Shown here: positions 1 through 12,200 of the stretch, one piece after another
How the letters are laid out: the number at the start of each line of letters is the position of its first letter
Numbering within the stretch: position 1 is the first letter of the stretch
From: Cercozoa sp. M6MM
Taxonomy: Eukaryota; Protista; Endomyxa: Ascetosporea
DNA: 64,000 nt
Assembly (NCBI GenBank): GCA_040357565.1
Contig: JBDODJ010000007.1
Reading direction: 5' to 3' (one strand)
Notes under the pieces: model-generated
Told to the model about the DNA's origin: nothing
Database searches by the model: none
Seen by the model: only the letters and a program-made list of their open reading frames with translations
Program-made: the position numbers and the translations under genes

Positions 1-1400
1 AGTCCACCGAGAGCGTGCTTCAGGCAGGTGTGTCTGATACACTTCCTTCAACGGCTTGATACACAACAATATAAGAATCAGTACATATTGTGTGCTAGGT
101 GACTTCGAGGACACGCGACGGAGAGCGCAAACGAACTCATACACGGACTATTGTGTCACGTTCCGTCGACTCTGTGCACTTGAGTAGTTTTGTTGTTTTG
201 TTTGTATTTGTCCTATCCCGTCAGATGTGAGTTGTGTGTGTAGTGATGGGCAAGGCGGTTACCTTCACGTTCCTGTGGCGGGTGCGCGCGCCGCCAAATC
301 TCTGCCCATCCTGCATGGTACTTATAGTTTGGGATGTATCATTTGAGCGACAAACATTGCTTGTAGGCATGCTTATGTTGCCATTGGACGTGTGGCGACC
401 GCTGCAGCAGAGTGATGCGATGTTGCAGAATGGTATTGTTTCTCAAAGGTGAAAGTACATAGAATACCGATGCTAGTCGGTGCAGCCATTCAGGAGGCGC
501 GGCTACAAGTGTGTCGCGAGGCACTTGATACCGTTTCGGAGGTCTCTTGTCCTACAACACAAGATCAAGAGTAGTCAAGGTGATGCGTTTGTAGGGCACT
601 CTGTTGGAACTGCTGCCACGCACGTCGGTCACAATACTCGTGCGACCAGGTTCAACCTTTGAAAGTGCGTTCTCGGCTTTACACCTCCCTGTTTACAGGC
701 AATACCCGCGCACGTGCGCCCATCAATGCCTTCTTTGACCAGGTTAGATAATGCCTGTCGCTCGTGTACTACTGCGTACATAAAGGGTGTCTGCAGTTGT
801 TCATTCGAAGTGAGAACCAAGTGCGCGGCAGTATCGCACAGAGCGACGACATTGCCGACATGCGTATACTACAGGTCGCACGCACATGGGCACTGAAGCC
901 TTACCAACCACCTCCACAGGACGCTTTGTACTCTTTACTCCATACGATGGATTCCTTTACACTCTGCGTTATTCTTTGCTGCATGTACATCCAGATGCGT
1001 ATTTAAAGCGCCAAAAGCGGCAAGTGCGCGCGATGACCCACGGACGACGTGGATTCGCGCGCTTTCTCAGGTGCCAGGTGTGTCGGAACGCAAGGCCGAG
1101 TACATCGCCGACAAAGTGCCGTCGATGCGTGCATTGTTTTTGCTGTGCGAGCAGGCGCCGTCACTTTCAGCGGCACACGCACGCTTGGCCAAGGTGTGGT
1201 TTCTTCTCATTGATTGATCGCTTTTATGGCTTTGTCGCGGTGTTTGCAGATCCCGACAGGGCACAGTCGACTCGGACCTGCACTTGCTGGTACTGCAGAT
1301 ACGTACCCGAATCTAATTCCATCGGGTGTGTTCAGGTAAACTCGTGCGTTTCGTGACGGCTGTCGACCCGACGCAGTCACTTGAAGAGCCAATCGCCTAA
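1..1400 (+). CDS. EME1: EME1/Mms4-like non-catalytic partner of Mus81 endonuclease (5'-partial, multi-exon)
   Basis: Spliced C-terminal exons read TWIRALSQVPGVSERKAEYIADKVPSMRALFLL...LAKIPTGHSRLGPALAGKLVRFVTAVDP, matching the EME1 tandem HhH2 pattern (W.R.L.Q..GVS...A..I...PS...L ... R.GP.L..........DP). Stop TAA at 1398-1400. Confidence 0.65.
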
Positions 1401-1660
1401 ACCACGGAAACCGAAGCACTGTGCTGTCTGTAAGTCGGTATTGGTATTGAACGGAAAACGGCAGATGCGTTATACTGATAGCAGTTAGTTAGTTGAGTCT
1501 TATGGGAAACCATAAGTACTTCCCCTGCACCAGTCTGGGGTGGGTCACAAGAGCATGGTCGTGTCTGCCGCCCGCTTAGGGTAGGACCATACAACTCCCC
1601 TTTTCCCCAGACAACGAAGTCGACTTTATGGTTGGTGTTGTATGTATTGATACGATAGTA

Positions 1661-1688
1661 TAAATAAATGGAAGATATCATTTATTTA
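1661..1688. terminator. Perfect 10-bp inverted repeat carrying AATAAA on both strands, between convergent genes
   Basis: TAAATAAATG-gaagatat-CATTTATTTA lies between the EME1 stop (1400, +) and the GSIII stop (1940, -). Confidence 0.4.
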
Positions 1689-1939
1689 CCAAATGATGTG
1701 ACTTAGAGGGCGAACTGAGAGCGAAAGTTAAATCGCCGTCACCCGAAGATCGGTTAATTATAACGTAACCCGCCCAAAAGACGATATCGGCGTATAGCTA
1801 TTGTAGGGAGGAAGTTTGCAGGAAGTTTGCACCGCGCCGCCACCGTATGCGATGAGAATGCCAGGGTGCCCGCGCAAGGACCGACGAAAAGTGACGTGGC
1901 GAGTGAGAACTGGAAGTTCTGGGTCGTTGGTAATGATGC

Positions 1940-4900
1940 CTATTCGGGGAAACCGCCAATGTGCATGATTGGCAGTCCGGACGGCAGCTCATCAATCAGA
2001 TCGGCCATGTCACCGGCACCGCCGGAACCATGCGAGCCCTTAGCACGGCCCACGTTGAGTGTCAGTGCCTGCAGCACAAACACAAGGCAGTTCCAAACGC
2101 TGTCCAGTCAGGTGGCGAGCGATAACACTGGGAGAGAGAACAGATACCTCGATGGTGGCGAAAGGCCACTCGTCGGCCGGCGCGGTGATTTCGAAGCTGT
2201 TTAGGATCTTGTGCAGCTTGGCCATGCTTTCGCGCAGCTCGCCAGCCGCGAACTTGGCAAGTTCCACCTCGTCCTATGAGTAGAGGTACTGAGCGTGGGC
2301 AGTAAGGACAACATGCCAACGTACCTCAATGGTATCGAACTTCTCGATCGCGTCAATGAGGTTTTGCATTGAGTCACTATCGTCGCTGAAGATGTCGCCG
2401 CCCGTGATGTGTGAGACTTGCTGCGTCACCATGCGTACGAGCACCTCAGCTTCCACTCGAATGGTTGCGGAGAACTCCTCCAGCAGCATCGTGCGGCGGG
2501 CACGCTGGGCATAGGTTAAGACACCGTATAAGCATGGGCGAAACGCAGACAACAAGTAACTGTGAGATACCAGTTCCTTCTCGGAAAAGATGCCGTACTT
2601 GGACAACAACTCAATGTTCTTTTCTGCAGAGAAAACCCGTTCAATTAAGGTCAGCAGTGTTTTGAAGCGAACGCTACCCGATGTGAGTTCGACAAGGGCC
2701 TCGGGCGTAGTGCGCAGATGGAACAGGCCGCGCTTCTCGGCTTCCTCGATCTGTACGGATCGTGGAGTCACAAGAAGAGATAACGAAAGAGGAAGCCGGT
2801 TACCCACTCTTCCGAGTAGCCGTCGCCATTGAAGCAAGCTGGACGACCCTCGACCAACATGGCGCGGACTGCTTCATCGATGGCTTCCTGAGGAAGATAG
2901 AATACAAGCATCGATTCAACATACTTTAAAAGACTAAAAGGCAAGTACCTCCTCCGTTGCACCCTTGGCCAAACGCGCTTCGATGTCATCGGCAAGCAAA
3001 TCTGCAACACACGACAATGTGAAATCACTTAAGTGTCTGAGAGTGAAGTGAAGCACCGAAACTCTCGCACAGAGCAGCATTGAGGAACGATAGCGGCTGA
3101 GAGATGTTTTGCTCGCCTGCAACCGCACGGAACTCAAACCGGTTGCCACAGAAAACAAACGGTGACGTGCGATTTCGGTCCTGAGAAAAATCCACTCCAG
3201 CCGGCCCAGAACAGTACAAAACAGCGCCACACCTCGCCAGGTCGAGTCAGAGGCGGCACAGCACGTGCACCAACCTTCAGTGTGCTCTCTTGGGGCTACT
3301 CCAAATCACAAAGTTAAAACTTTCCTGATTAAACAAACACTGAACAACAGATTTGTACCTTGTAACCACCGCAACCACGTCCATCAGCACGTCGCTGTTT
3401 CCACTCATCATTATCGAGCAGAGAATCAATGTGCTTCTCCAGAGGCTCGCCAGTGCCGACACTACAGACAACACATAAATGTATCTCGCGTATGAGAGAC
3501 CTCATATGGACTGGCATACGAGATGATGGCAGGCGGTGCCTCCTGAGCACCCAGACGGAAGTCATTGGCAGCCGTCGACACCGAAGCACGTGCCAAGTCA
3601 CCGTGCTTGTGCAGTGCACGCAGCACACACTACAACAGCACATGTACAGACGAAACCAGCACATGTACAGACGGGGGGACAACAGCTCTCTTGGTGCAAA
3701 AAATTAAAGAATGTACAGCGATCATCGCAATAAATCGGCGTTGCTGCTGCGGCGTTGCGTTCTTTGACGGTTGCTCCAGCAGGTTGACACCTGCATGTGT
3801 TCAAATGTACAGTAAGATCTACGGTACAACATGATGGGTGCACACAAGTACCGCCAGGAGTGATGAGCGAAAAGTTCGTGTGCTTGCCGGTGCCGTTGAG
3901 GCCGTGGAACGGCTTTGAGTGGAACAGCACCGCCAGGTCCATCTGCGAGGCGATGGAGCGCATCATCTGCATCAGCATGGCGTTCTGATCGGCCGCGCGG
4001 TTGGCCAGCGAGTACACCGTGCAGATCTCGTGTTGACCCGGCGCAACCTCGTTGTGCGACACGCGCAGCGACACGCCGACCTTGTGCATCTCGCGCTTCA
4101 CGCGGTCCATGTACTGACGAACCTGCGGCTGCACCAGCGAGAAGTACCGGTCGCTCATCTGCTGGCCTACAAGGTGTGTGTGTGTGTGTGTGTCGCAAGA
4201 CAGCTACAAGTCGAACAAACCATTGGGCGGCGTCAGGCCGAACAAGACGCGGCCGCAGGTCAGCAAATCCGGACGCGAGTTATGATCGTCCAGCGACGTC
4301 AAGAAAAACTCCTGCTCGACGCCAACATTCTGAAGCACGCGAAGGTCGTTACCCTCTGTCCATTTGTACCGTCCACAAGTGACATATGTCCAATCCATAC
4401 ATATGCAAAGCTACCTTCACCAAGCAGTTTGAGAAGTCGCTCGCCCGAGTTGCTCAGAGCGTCCAGCGAACGCAGCAGCGGCGTCTTGTGGTCCAACGCC
4501 TCGCCGGCTTGCGTCACAAAGATAGACGGCTGCACAAGGTGGAGCATTCTACAGGGAACAAAGGAAACAGCGTGCGCTACCAACATGAGCTGTCCATCCA
4601 GCACAAAAGGCGGCGACGTCAGGTCCCAACTGCGAAGTGCAGTCAGAGAGAGTATTAGAGTCGAAAAAGGCACGCACATCAAAGGGGGCAGTACGCAGTG
4701 TGCGCCAAGGCGGCATGCGTCTGACGCAGTCCACCGTTGGGAAAACTGCTGCCGTCGGCGCAGCTCTGGAAGAGGTCGCGCGCCGACATGTGACACTCGG
4801 AGACATCGCCACTCAGCGGGTCTTTCACCGTCACATGGACCTGTACATACGCAATATTGATAGATTTAGTAGTATACAACAACTAAAAGGAGATGTAGTT

Positions 4901-5336
4901 CAAACTTACATCACGCTTGCCAGCTGCCGTACTTCGCACCTGTCACACATACATTACAACAAGTACCCCGTGAGTGAGAAGCTACTGTACCGGGTAGAAC
5001 AGGTGAGTAAAGCCACGCGCACCGCGTTTCTTCGCCCAGTCACCAAGTCGCTCGGCCAACTCAGTCGCCAGGTGCTCGGGCATCGGCTCGCCCTGGTCAA
5101 TTTGGGACGGGAGACCAGGTAGTCTGGACTCGCAATGAGCAGTGCCAGAAAAAAGATACCGTCTGACTGGAGTGATGCCACGCATCGACCACCTCGACAG
5201 AGCACGACTTCTCCATGGCGTCCATGTCGAACACGTGCGTCGACAGGCGACTCGCGTCCAGCATCGCGAGCGCGCGACGCCCGCTGCCTTTCGCTAGGGC
5301 GGCAGGCACACGTGCCGTCGTCATGCGGCCCAACAT
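1940..5336 (-). CDS. glnN: Glutamine synthetase type III (about 20 short introns)
   Basis: Spliced motifs [115 protein letters not shown] 5336, TAG 1940-1942. Confidence 0.92.
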
Positions 5337-5870
5337 GTATGCTTTGAGCACCACAAACCGTGAACACAGTCCAACACTAAACACATTCGCAGCACCGCAA
5401 AACCAACAAAACGCAGGACGAAGGCATGGAAAACAGTGCGATCATGCATAGCGCAATGATTATTGATGATGAGGCAGACGTGCCTTAATTCCAATAATTT
5501 AGGGCACTGTTTCCGCGCGAGTGCGTTTGATGGATACTACCTATGCAGGCGTCCTACCAGCAGCAAGCAGAGCACTGCGAATGCTGTCAGTACGAGTTTT
5601 TAATTTTTGCAATCACAGCCCGGCACTCCAGTCCCACAGTCGCACTTCTCGCAATACAGAAACTTCACACTCATTCACGCCGCGCGTCGCCGTTTAAACG
5701 CAACCGTCTCTAGTATCTACGAGTCGCTGTAGCGCATCGATGGTACTGTACGGGAACTACATACCGTACGGTAGTTGGTTAGTAGACTGACTAATATTCA
5801 GTTGCGTTGCACACACTGGCTGCACCGCCGAGCGGAGACTGCAACTGGAAGGGGTACCCCGCGCTTCCAG

Positions 5871-7453
5871 TTACTCAGCGTTGTCAGGCTCGCCCAGAAT
5901 CACAAACACTGGCTCGTGTGCCGCCGCCGTGCAGAAGCGCAGGAAGCTGTCCCGAGCGATAGTGCATGTGCCCGTATTAACGAGACTACAGCAAAGCACT
6001 TCACTTAGCAAAAGCAATATAATCGATCATGGTGACATACGGATGGAAGTTGAGTTTTTCCAAGGTGCGGAAGCGTTCGTCAAGCAGCAAGGTCACACGG
6101 CCGGCAGCAGCATCGTTGAGCACGGCAAATGGCGTGACGGCACCTCTCGTGACGCCCAGGAGGTTCTAAAGGAAAATACCCGTATCAACACATACGAATC
6201 CCTACACAGAAAGCGACGCACAACGAGATCGTCTTCATTGGCGAAACGAAGAGCCTTGCAGCCTGTACAAAGTGTTGTAGGTCGAGTACATGGCCCTTGA
6301 TAGTCAATCGCACCGAGTACTTTGTGCAAGTCGCCGATCCGCACGACAGAGTCGTCCACAGCCGAAAGCAGGAAATACTTGTTGCCTTTTCTTTCCTGTA
6401 GAAACACACGAAGATAAGGAGTGCACACAGAAAAATGGCAGGTCTCGATACCTTGAGGAAAAGGTTTTTGCAGTGCGCACCTTCCAGCCGCAGATCGAGC
6501 GCATCTGCAGCGGCGCATGTGAACACTGCCTCGTGCCACTGTTTACACACCATTCAGTCGGTCATAAGGCAGGCCAGTAAGTTAGATAATTAAGCCAGTC
6601 GTAACGACAGTACCTCAGTTCGAAGAAGCTCGATGCCGTGCTGTTGCAGGAAGGCAAAGAGTCTGAAGCAAACTCGAATGCAATCTACACCTCGACAGAA
6701 ACAAAGAAAGTCAGGTGTACTCATCAGGCGTCGCACGTGGGCACTGGTACACTTCCTTCAGACACCATCAAGCAGTAAAAAGGGTGCACAACCGTAGGGC
6801 AGAGCGATACCGTCGCTGACTGCGTTTGCTGCTGCTCTTGCTTCGGTCCTGTCACCAGCACGGTCTGCGTCGGGGCTACATCCGCGCGGAGACACTCGTG
6901 CACTGACTTGGAAAATGACGATTCTGCTAGAGATACCGAGATGCGCAAAACAGTCACGCCATTGAGCGATCGTTCGCGAGCACGAATCACTCACGCTGAC
7001 GGAATGCTGAAAGTGATCGCAGTCATCGGTCAGTGTGATGGCACTGGCAACATTAAAACCGTCACTGTCGATTAGTGCAGTGTCAAAAACCAGCGTTACA
7101 GCCGTCAGTGCATCAACAGAGAACTGCGGCACATCGTTGGCCAAAGCTACAGACATAGATACTTGCTTGGGGAGAAAAGGAGACAAGTGCACACTCGGAC
7201 ATACCCTCAGCAACACCATTCCCAGGCGTCAGGTCGGCGAAACACTCAATGCGCTTCGTGTTCAGCACCTTTAGCGGACCTTTGTTCAGAATTTTCGCTG
7301 CCTTCTTGCTCGACAGTGTTTTGGATAGGAACAACGCCACCTGCCTTGAGGAAGGCAACATGTACATGGCAGATGGATACAGCGATATCGATACAGTACC
7401 CATTCCAGACCGTTGGACTTCTTCAGCGCCGCAAGAGAGAATTTCGCATGCAT
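5871..7453 (-). CDS. PRORSD1: PrdX/ProXp-ala (YbaK superfamily) aminoacyl-tRNA deacylase with an extra N-terminal degenerate YbaK-like domain
   Basis: C-terminal exons read ATPDELFAFLQQHGI..WHEAVFT...GAHCKNLFLK..YFLLS...LRFANEDDL..LLGVTRGAVTPFAVLND..VTLLLD...LNFHPLVNTGT. Stop at 5871-5873. The start codon is uncertain. Confidence 0.8.
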
Positions 7454-7838
7454 GGTTGGTACCACTAGGGGCTAAAAACAACAAAACCATCGAACGCAAA
7501 TGCTGTTTTACAGTGCAAGTACACACCAAAGAACTAGATCGGGATACTGTGTGTGTGCAGGCTTGAACTTTGTTTTAGTGTCTGTGGAGCCGGCTTAATT
7601 CGTTAAAACGTCGGAGCGCGTTCCGTTTTCTTTTCGCGGCCCATCGCATAGTATTGAGCCTGGCAACACAGTCGCCGCGTGTCGTGCTGACGTGCTTATC
7701 CGACGTAGCTTCAAAAACATACGACGCGATACAGTACAACCAATACAAGAAGATCGATAACGCGACATTCGCACACGACAGACGACTATAAATCAGATGC
7801 ACGCAACACAAAGAGCGGCTTAGACATTCTACTAGACT

Positions 7839-8777
7839 TTAGGAGCTGCGGTTTCGTCGGAAGTCACGCACGGCATCGGCGAGCCAATCGAGTCCCTCGT
7901 AAATGCCGTCGCCGGTGGTGGCAATGCAAGCTGCAAAGTCAAGCAATACAACCAAATTCCTGACATTCCATTATCGTAGGTTGGCTACCCTGCGCATGCC
8001 ACTGACGATCGCGCAGTTTGTCCAGAGCAAGTCTTTCCGAGAGTTCGTTGACGCTCACGGCGCCCGGCAGGTCCTGCTTGTTGGCCATCACCAAGAGTGG
8101 CACGCCGCGCAACTCGTCCGACTAAGTTAATCCACAACACACAAGATTACTGTGCAGGCGTGAAATATCAGGTCAATTATGAATATTAACTGAAAGAACG
8201 GCAGCGAGCTCTTCCTTCGCGTTGCCGGTCGACGGGTCGGTTTGGTCGATGCGCTCGCCTGCAACAACATTATACTATGTATATACATGATAAAAATAGA
8301 CATACCATCACTGCTGTCGACAACGAAAATGATGCCGTCCGTGTTCTGGAAGTAGTGGTGCCACCTACAGCACCGATAGGATAAAGCAAAGCCATCGCTA
8401 CGGAGTGATGGAAGGGCGAGAGTACAGCTTGCGAATGTGCTCCTGGCCGCCAATATCCCAAGCCTCGAATTCGAGGTTCTTGTACTGCAGTTGATGTATG
8501 TAAAGCAAGATACGGACTGAGAATAAAGTTCAACTGCGACGCTACCTGTAGACGCTCGACGTTGAAACCAATTGTCGGAATCGTCACGATGTTCTGTCCC
8601 AACTTCAGGTTGTACAGCAGCGTCGTCTTTCCGGCAGCATCCAGTCCTGTCACAAACAGGCATACACCAAAGTTTCTCGTCGATCTTAAGGGGACAAAAA
8701 CGCCTACCAACGACAATAAGACGACTTTCGTCCATGCCGGAGAACATTTTGACAATCGATGACAGGAGGTTGCCCAT
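7839..8777 (-). CDS. ARF: ADP-ribosylation factor family small GTPase (6 introns)
   Basis: MGNLLS (myristoylation Gly2), [45 protein letters not shown], all in frame after GT-AG splicing. Confidence 0.95.
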
Positions 8778-9202
8778 GGTGGTTTTCGTGTGCAAGTCGA
8801 GCAGAAACCCCACAGAAGAAACCCAAACCGAAAAGGCACTGCAGTGGAGGGAGACCGCTATCTGCAGGAACGGAAAACACGAACAGCCGATCAATCGCCG
8901 CCTGTCCACAGCGCCTAAACAGAAAACCTACAATAAAAAATAAAGAAAAAGATAGTCTCAATTGGGTACGAGCAGTCCTAACGCAGCGACGATCGCATAG
9001 AGTTTTTCAATAGACCGGATTGAGGCGTTCTACGCGTGAAATCACGCGGTGTGCACGGTTTGTTGCCGCCACAGCACAATCTTTTATCGTTGCGTGAGGT
9101 GCCTTTTTCCTTCAAACCCAGGATCCTGTCGTTCCTTTGGCCATCGGTGCGTTTGCGTTCGGTTACCTATTGTCAGCGTTCTGACAGAACCATCGACGGT
9201 AG

Positions 9203-12200
9203 ATGTCGCAATCGCAAGAAACGCCGCCGTTGGAGTCGCTTCTGGTAAAGTAGTACCAGTGGAACAGCTTGTTTGTGGTCATACTGGCCACTACCGCATA
9301 GAACGAAGTAGCACGGGCAAAGCTGACGAAAGCTTCGACGGCGCAGTTGTGCAACGCGTTGCGTGCGCTGTCGGCCACACTGGCGACTCATGAGCAGGTG
9401 TGTCACGCATTTCAGAGTGGCTATACCACAGTATCTGTCGTCGGTGTAGGGCGTGTTCGAGGAGGAAGGCGCCCGGGCAGACGACGCGCGTGCCATGACA
9501 GTGTCGCTGTCGAGTGAGCGAATCTTGTGTCACCGTAGCGACGAAGTGCGCGTGCTGGGTAAAGCTTAAAGGCCTCCCTTATGCCTGTACATACACCTGC
9601 AAGATAGGTGCCAACTGCGTGGCCGATATGATGTGGTTGTTCGCGCCCGAGCTGCCGCTGAACGCGGCGCAACTGACGCGTTTCTTTGACACCTGCAGTG
9701 ATTTGTTTGGCACAGGCCTACGACGCTCGGGTATGCAGTATGTGTATACACCGTGTGTAGACAGGGGTATGTGGAAGCGGTATATGTGCTGGCTAGGTGC
9801 GCCGTTGTTTCCACTGTACTACCGTCTACTGGAGCGACTGACGGCGATGCAGGCGCTGTGTCTGCTGGTGGAGCGACGACAGTGGCCGACGCTGACGAAA
9901 CTGCTGCGGACGGCGCTGCGTGGCACCACGAGCGACTCCGAGGAAACCAGTGGCGACGTCGTGCTGCGACGCGAGCTGCCGTCGCTGCTGGCTCGCATGA
10001 CTGGTACGCACGCACATACACCCACTCTTGCACGTTTCTACAGTCCATTTGGAATCCATTTTGACGGTATTTTTGGACTGTCTGTATAGGCGAGGTACTG
10101 GCCGAACTGGAGGAGCACGAGTGGTACACGGCGGGCGGCGCCGCGCTGCTGCATGAGGTCTGCGACGCCCTGCTGAGCGACCGCGCCGCCCACCGCCGCC
10201 TCGTCGTGCACGCGCTTACCGAGGGTACCCAGTGAGTCACTGGCCACGTGCCCACTGAGTGACCCACCTGAGTGATTAGTCACCTAAGTGGTCACCTGAG
10301 TGAGCATCTGAATGAGCACGTGTGCAGCACTGCAAGACCACGAGTGCGCACTGGCGCAAGTGCTGCGCAGCGTCGTCACGCAGGTGCTCGTTGGCGACGA
10401 CGTCGGACCCAAGTACCTCCGCGTGGACGACAGCGGCCGCACCGTCGGCGTGCCCATGCGCATCGCCGAGTACGCGCGTACCTCTCTTCCTGTCCACGCG
10501 GCAGGTGCCGCATACCAAAATCATGGACCAAAATCGTGTGTGTGCCCAACAGCGCCGCCGCAGAAGAAACGAAAAAAGAAGCGACGGCGGCAAAAAAACG
10601 CATCGGACGAATCTGTTGTTCACAAGGACTTCAAACTCATGGTTGCCGAGTTTTACCCCCCCCCCCCTTTTCCTTTACTGCTTAACCCCCCCCCCCCCCG
10701 GCAGGTGGAGAAGGTGACGTGCCTGCAGCGGCAGGAGACGCGCGGTGACCTTCTGGTGGCGCTGCTGCACGCCGTGCCGGACACGCTGTCGCTGTGCCTG
10801 CGCCGTCTGCAGGACACGCTGCTGGACCCGCATGCACCGACGCGCTCGCACTTTGTGCGCTGTTTCGTGCGCTGCTTTGCCAGGGGCGCCGACGCCACCG
10901 CGCTGCCCGTGCCGCCGGTAGTCTTTGCCTGCCCCGCTTAACTCCCCTTTAACCCCTTTGACCCCTTTACCCCCCACCTGACCTGCGAAGCCGTCGCTGG
11001 TGCGAGCGACGCTGGTGTGCGCGCTGGACGCCGACGCGGGTCAGTCGAGTCAGCTGACGGTGCCTTCGGTGCACTACGTGGATGCCGACGGTGACTCTGC
11101 CGGTGACTCTGACTCGGATGATCCTAACGGTGACTCTGATGGTGACTCTGATGGTGACTCCGACGGTGGCCCTGATCGGCGGCAGCGCAGCAGTGTGGCT
11201 GACGTCAACGCCGACACGTCGCGCTGCTTCCGCGCGCTCTGCGATGCACTGATCGGTAGGTTCACATGGTCACTCAGAGTGGTCACATGGTCACTGAGAG
11301 GCCACGTGGTCACTGAGAGGCCACGTGGTCACTAAGAGGCCACGTGATCACTGAGAGTGGTTTATTGTGCATGTGGGCAGGCCGACTGACCGACCTGTCG
11401 GCCGAGGTGCGCGTGCTGGTGGCGGCACACGCGCCGGCACTGGCGCAGGCGCAGTCGCGGCACCGCGCCGACCGCGCCGACTTTCTGCGCGACCTGCTCA
11501 ACGCGTTGTGTTCGCGCTGCATGGTTTACCCCCACTTTACCCCCCACTTCCCCTTTACCCCCACTTTCTCCTTTACCCCACTTTCCCCTTTACCCCCACT
11601 TTCTCCTTTACCCCCCGTCTGCCTTACCCCTGTACCTCTTTTACCCCCACCCCACGTGCACTCCTGTTTTACTGTCACCAATATGGCCGCACAGGACACA
11701 GACGAGAAGGTACGCGAGGCGACGGTGCAGTCGATTTTGCGTATGCCGCTGCTGATGCCTGACATGTGGTGCCTGTCGATTTTAGCCCGCCTCTTACCCT
11801 CTTTACATTACCCCTCTCCCCCAGGGCAAGCATGGCGACAAGTACTGACATTGTGAGGTACTAAGAAAGAAGGGGCGTGTCATTATGATGCGCTGGGAGG
11901 TGATGTGTGATGTGGTGGCTACACAGTGCCGATCACAGTGGTCACAATCTGAGTGGTCACAATGCAAGTGGTCACAATCTCAGTGGTCACAATCTGAGTG
12001 GTCACAATGCAAGTGGTCACAATCGCAGTCTGGGTGGCGGCGGACTCGGTGACTCGCCCGTCGCCATTCGCGCTCTCAGCACTGCTGCGGCGCGTGTCAA
12101 GGTTGACCTGGCCTCCTGTTTACCCCCTATTTACCCCTGCGTTCACCCCTCCCCCCTATATACCCCGTTGTTCCCTGATTCCCTTGCCCCGTTGACTCTC

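Noticed and set aside
1692-1720. ATGATG...CTGA as a C/D box snoRNA
   Set aside because: The boxes are only about 20 nt apart, too short, and there is no terminal stem.
3919-4860. Long antisense ORFs over GC-rich exons (also 36307-37131, 41340-42176, 50393-51004)
   Set aside because: They are shadows of codon bias on the opposite coding strand and show no independent motifs.
7839-8777. Small GTPase as the Rac-type activator of the NOX
   Set aside because: The motifs are Arf-family, not Rho/Rac, and the gene is 48 kb away.
11256-12026. Short regularly spaced repeats as a CRISPR-like array
   Set aside because: They are head-to-tail tandem units without unique spacers, inside a eukaryotic gene, with no cas genes.
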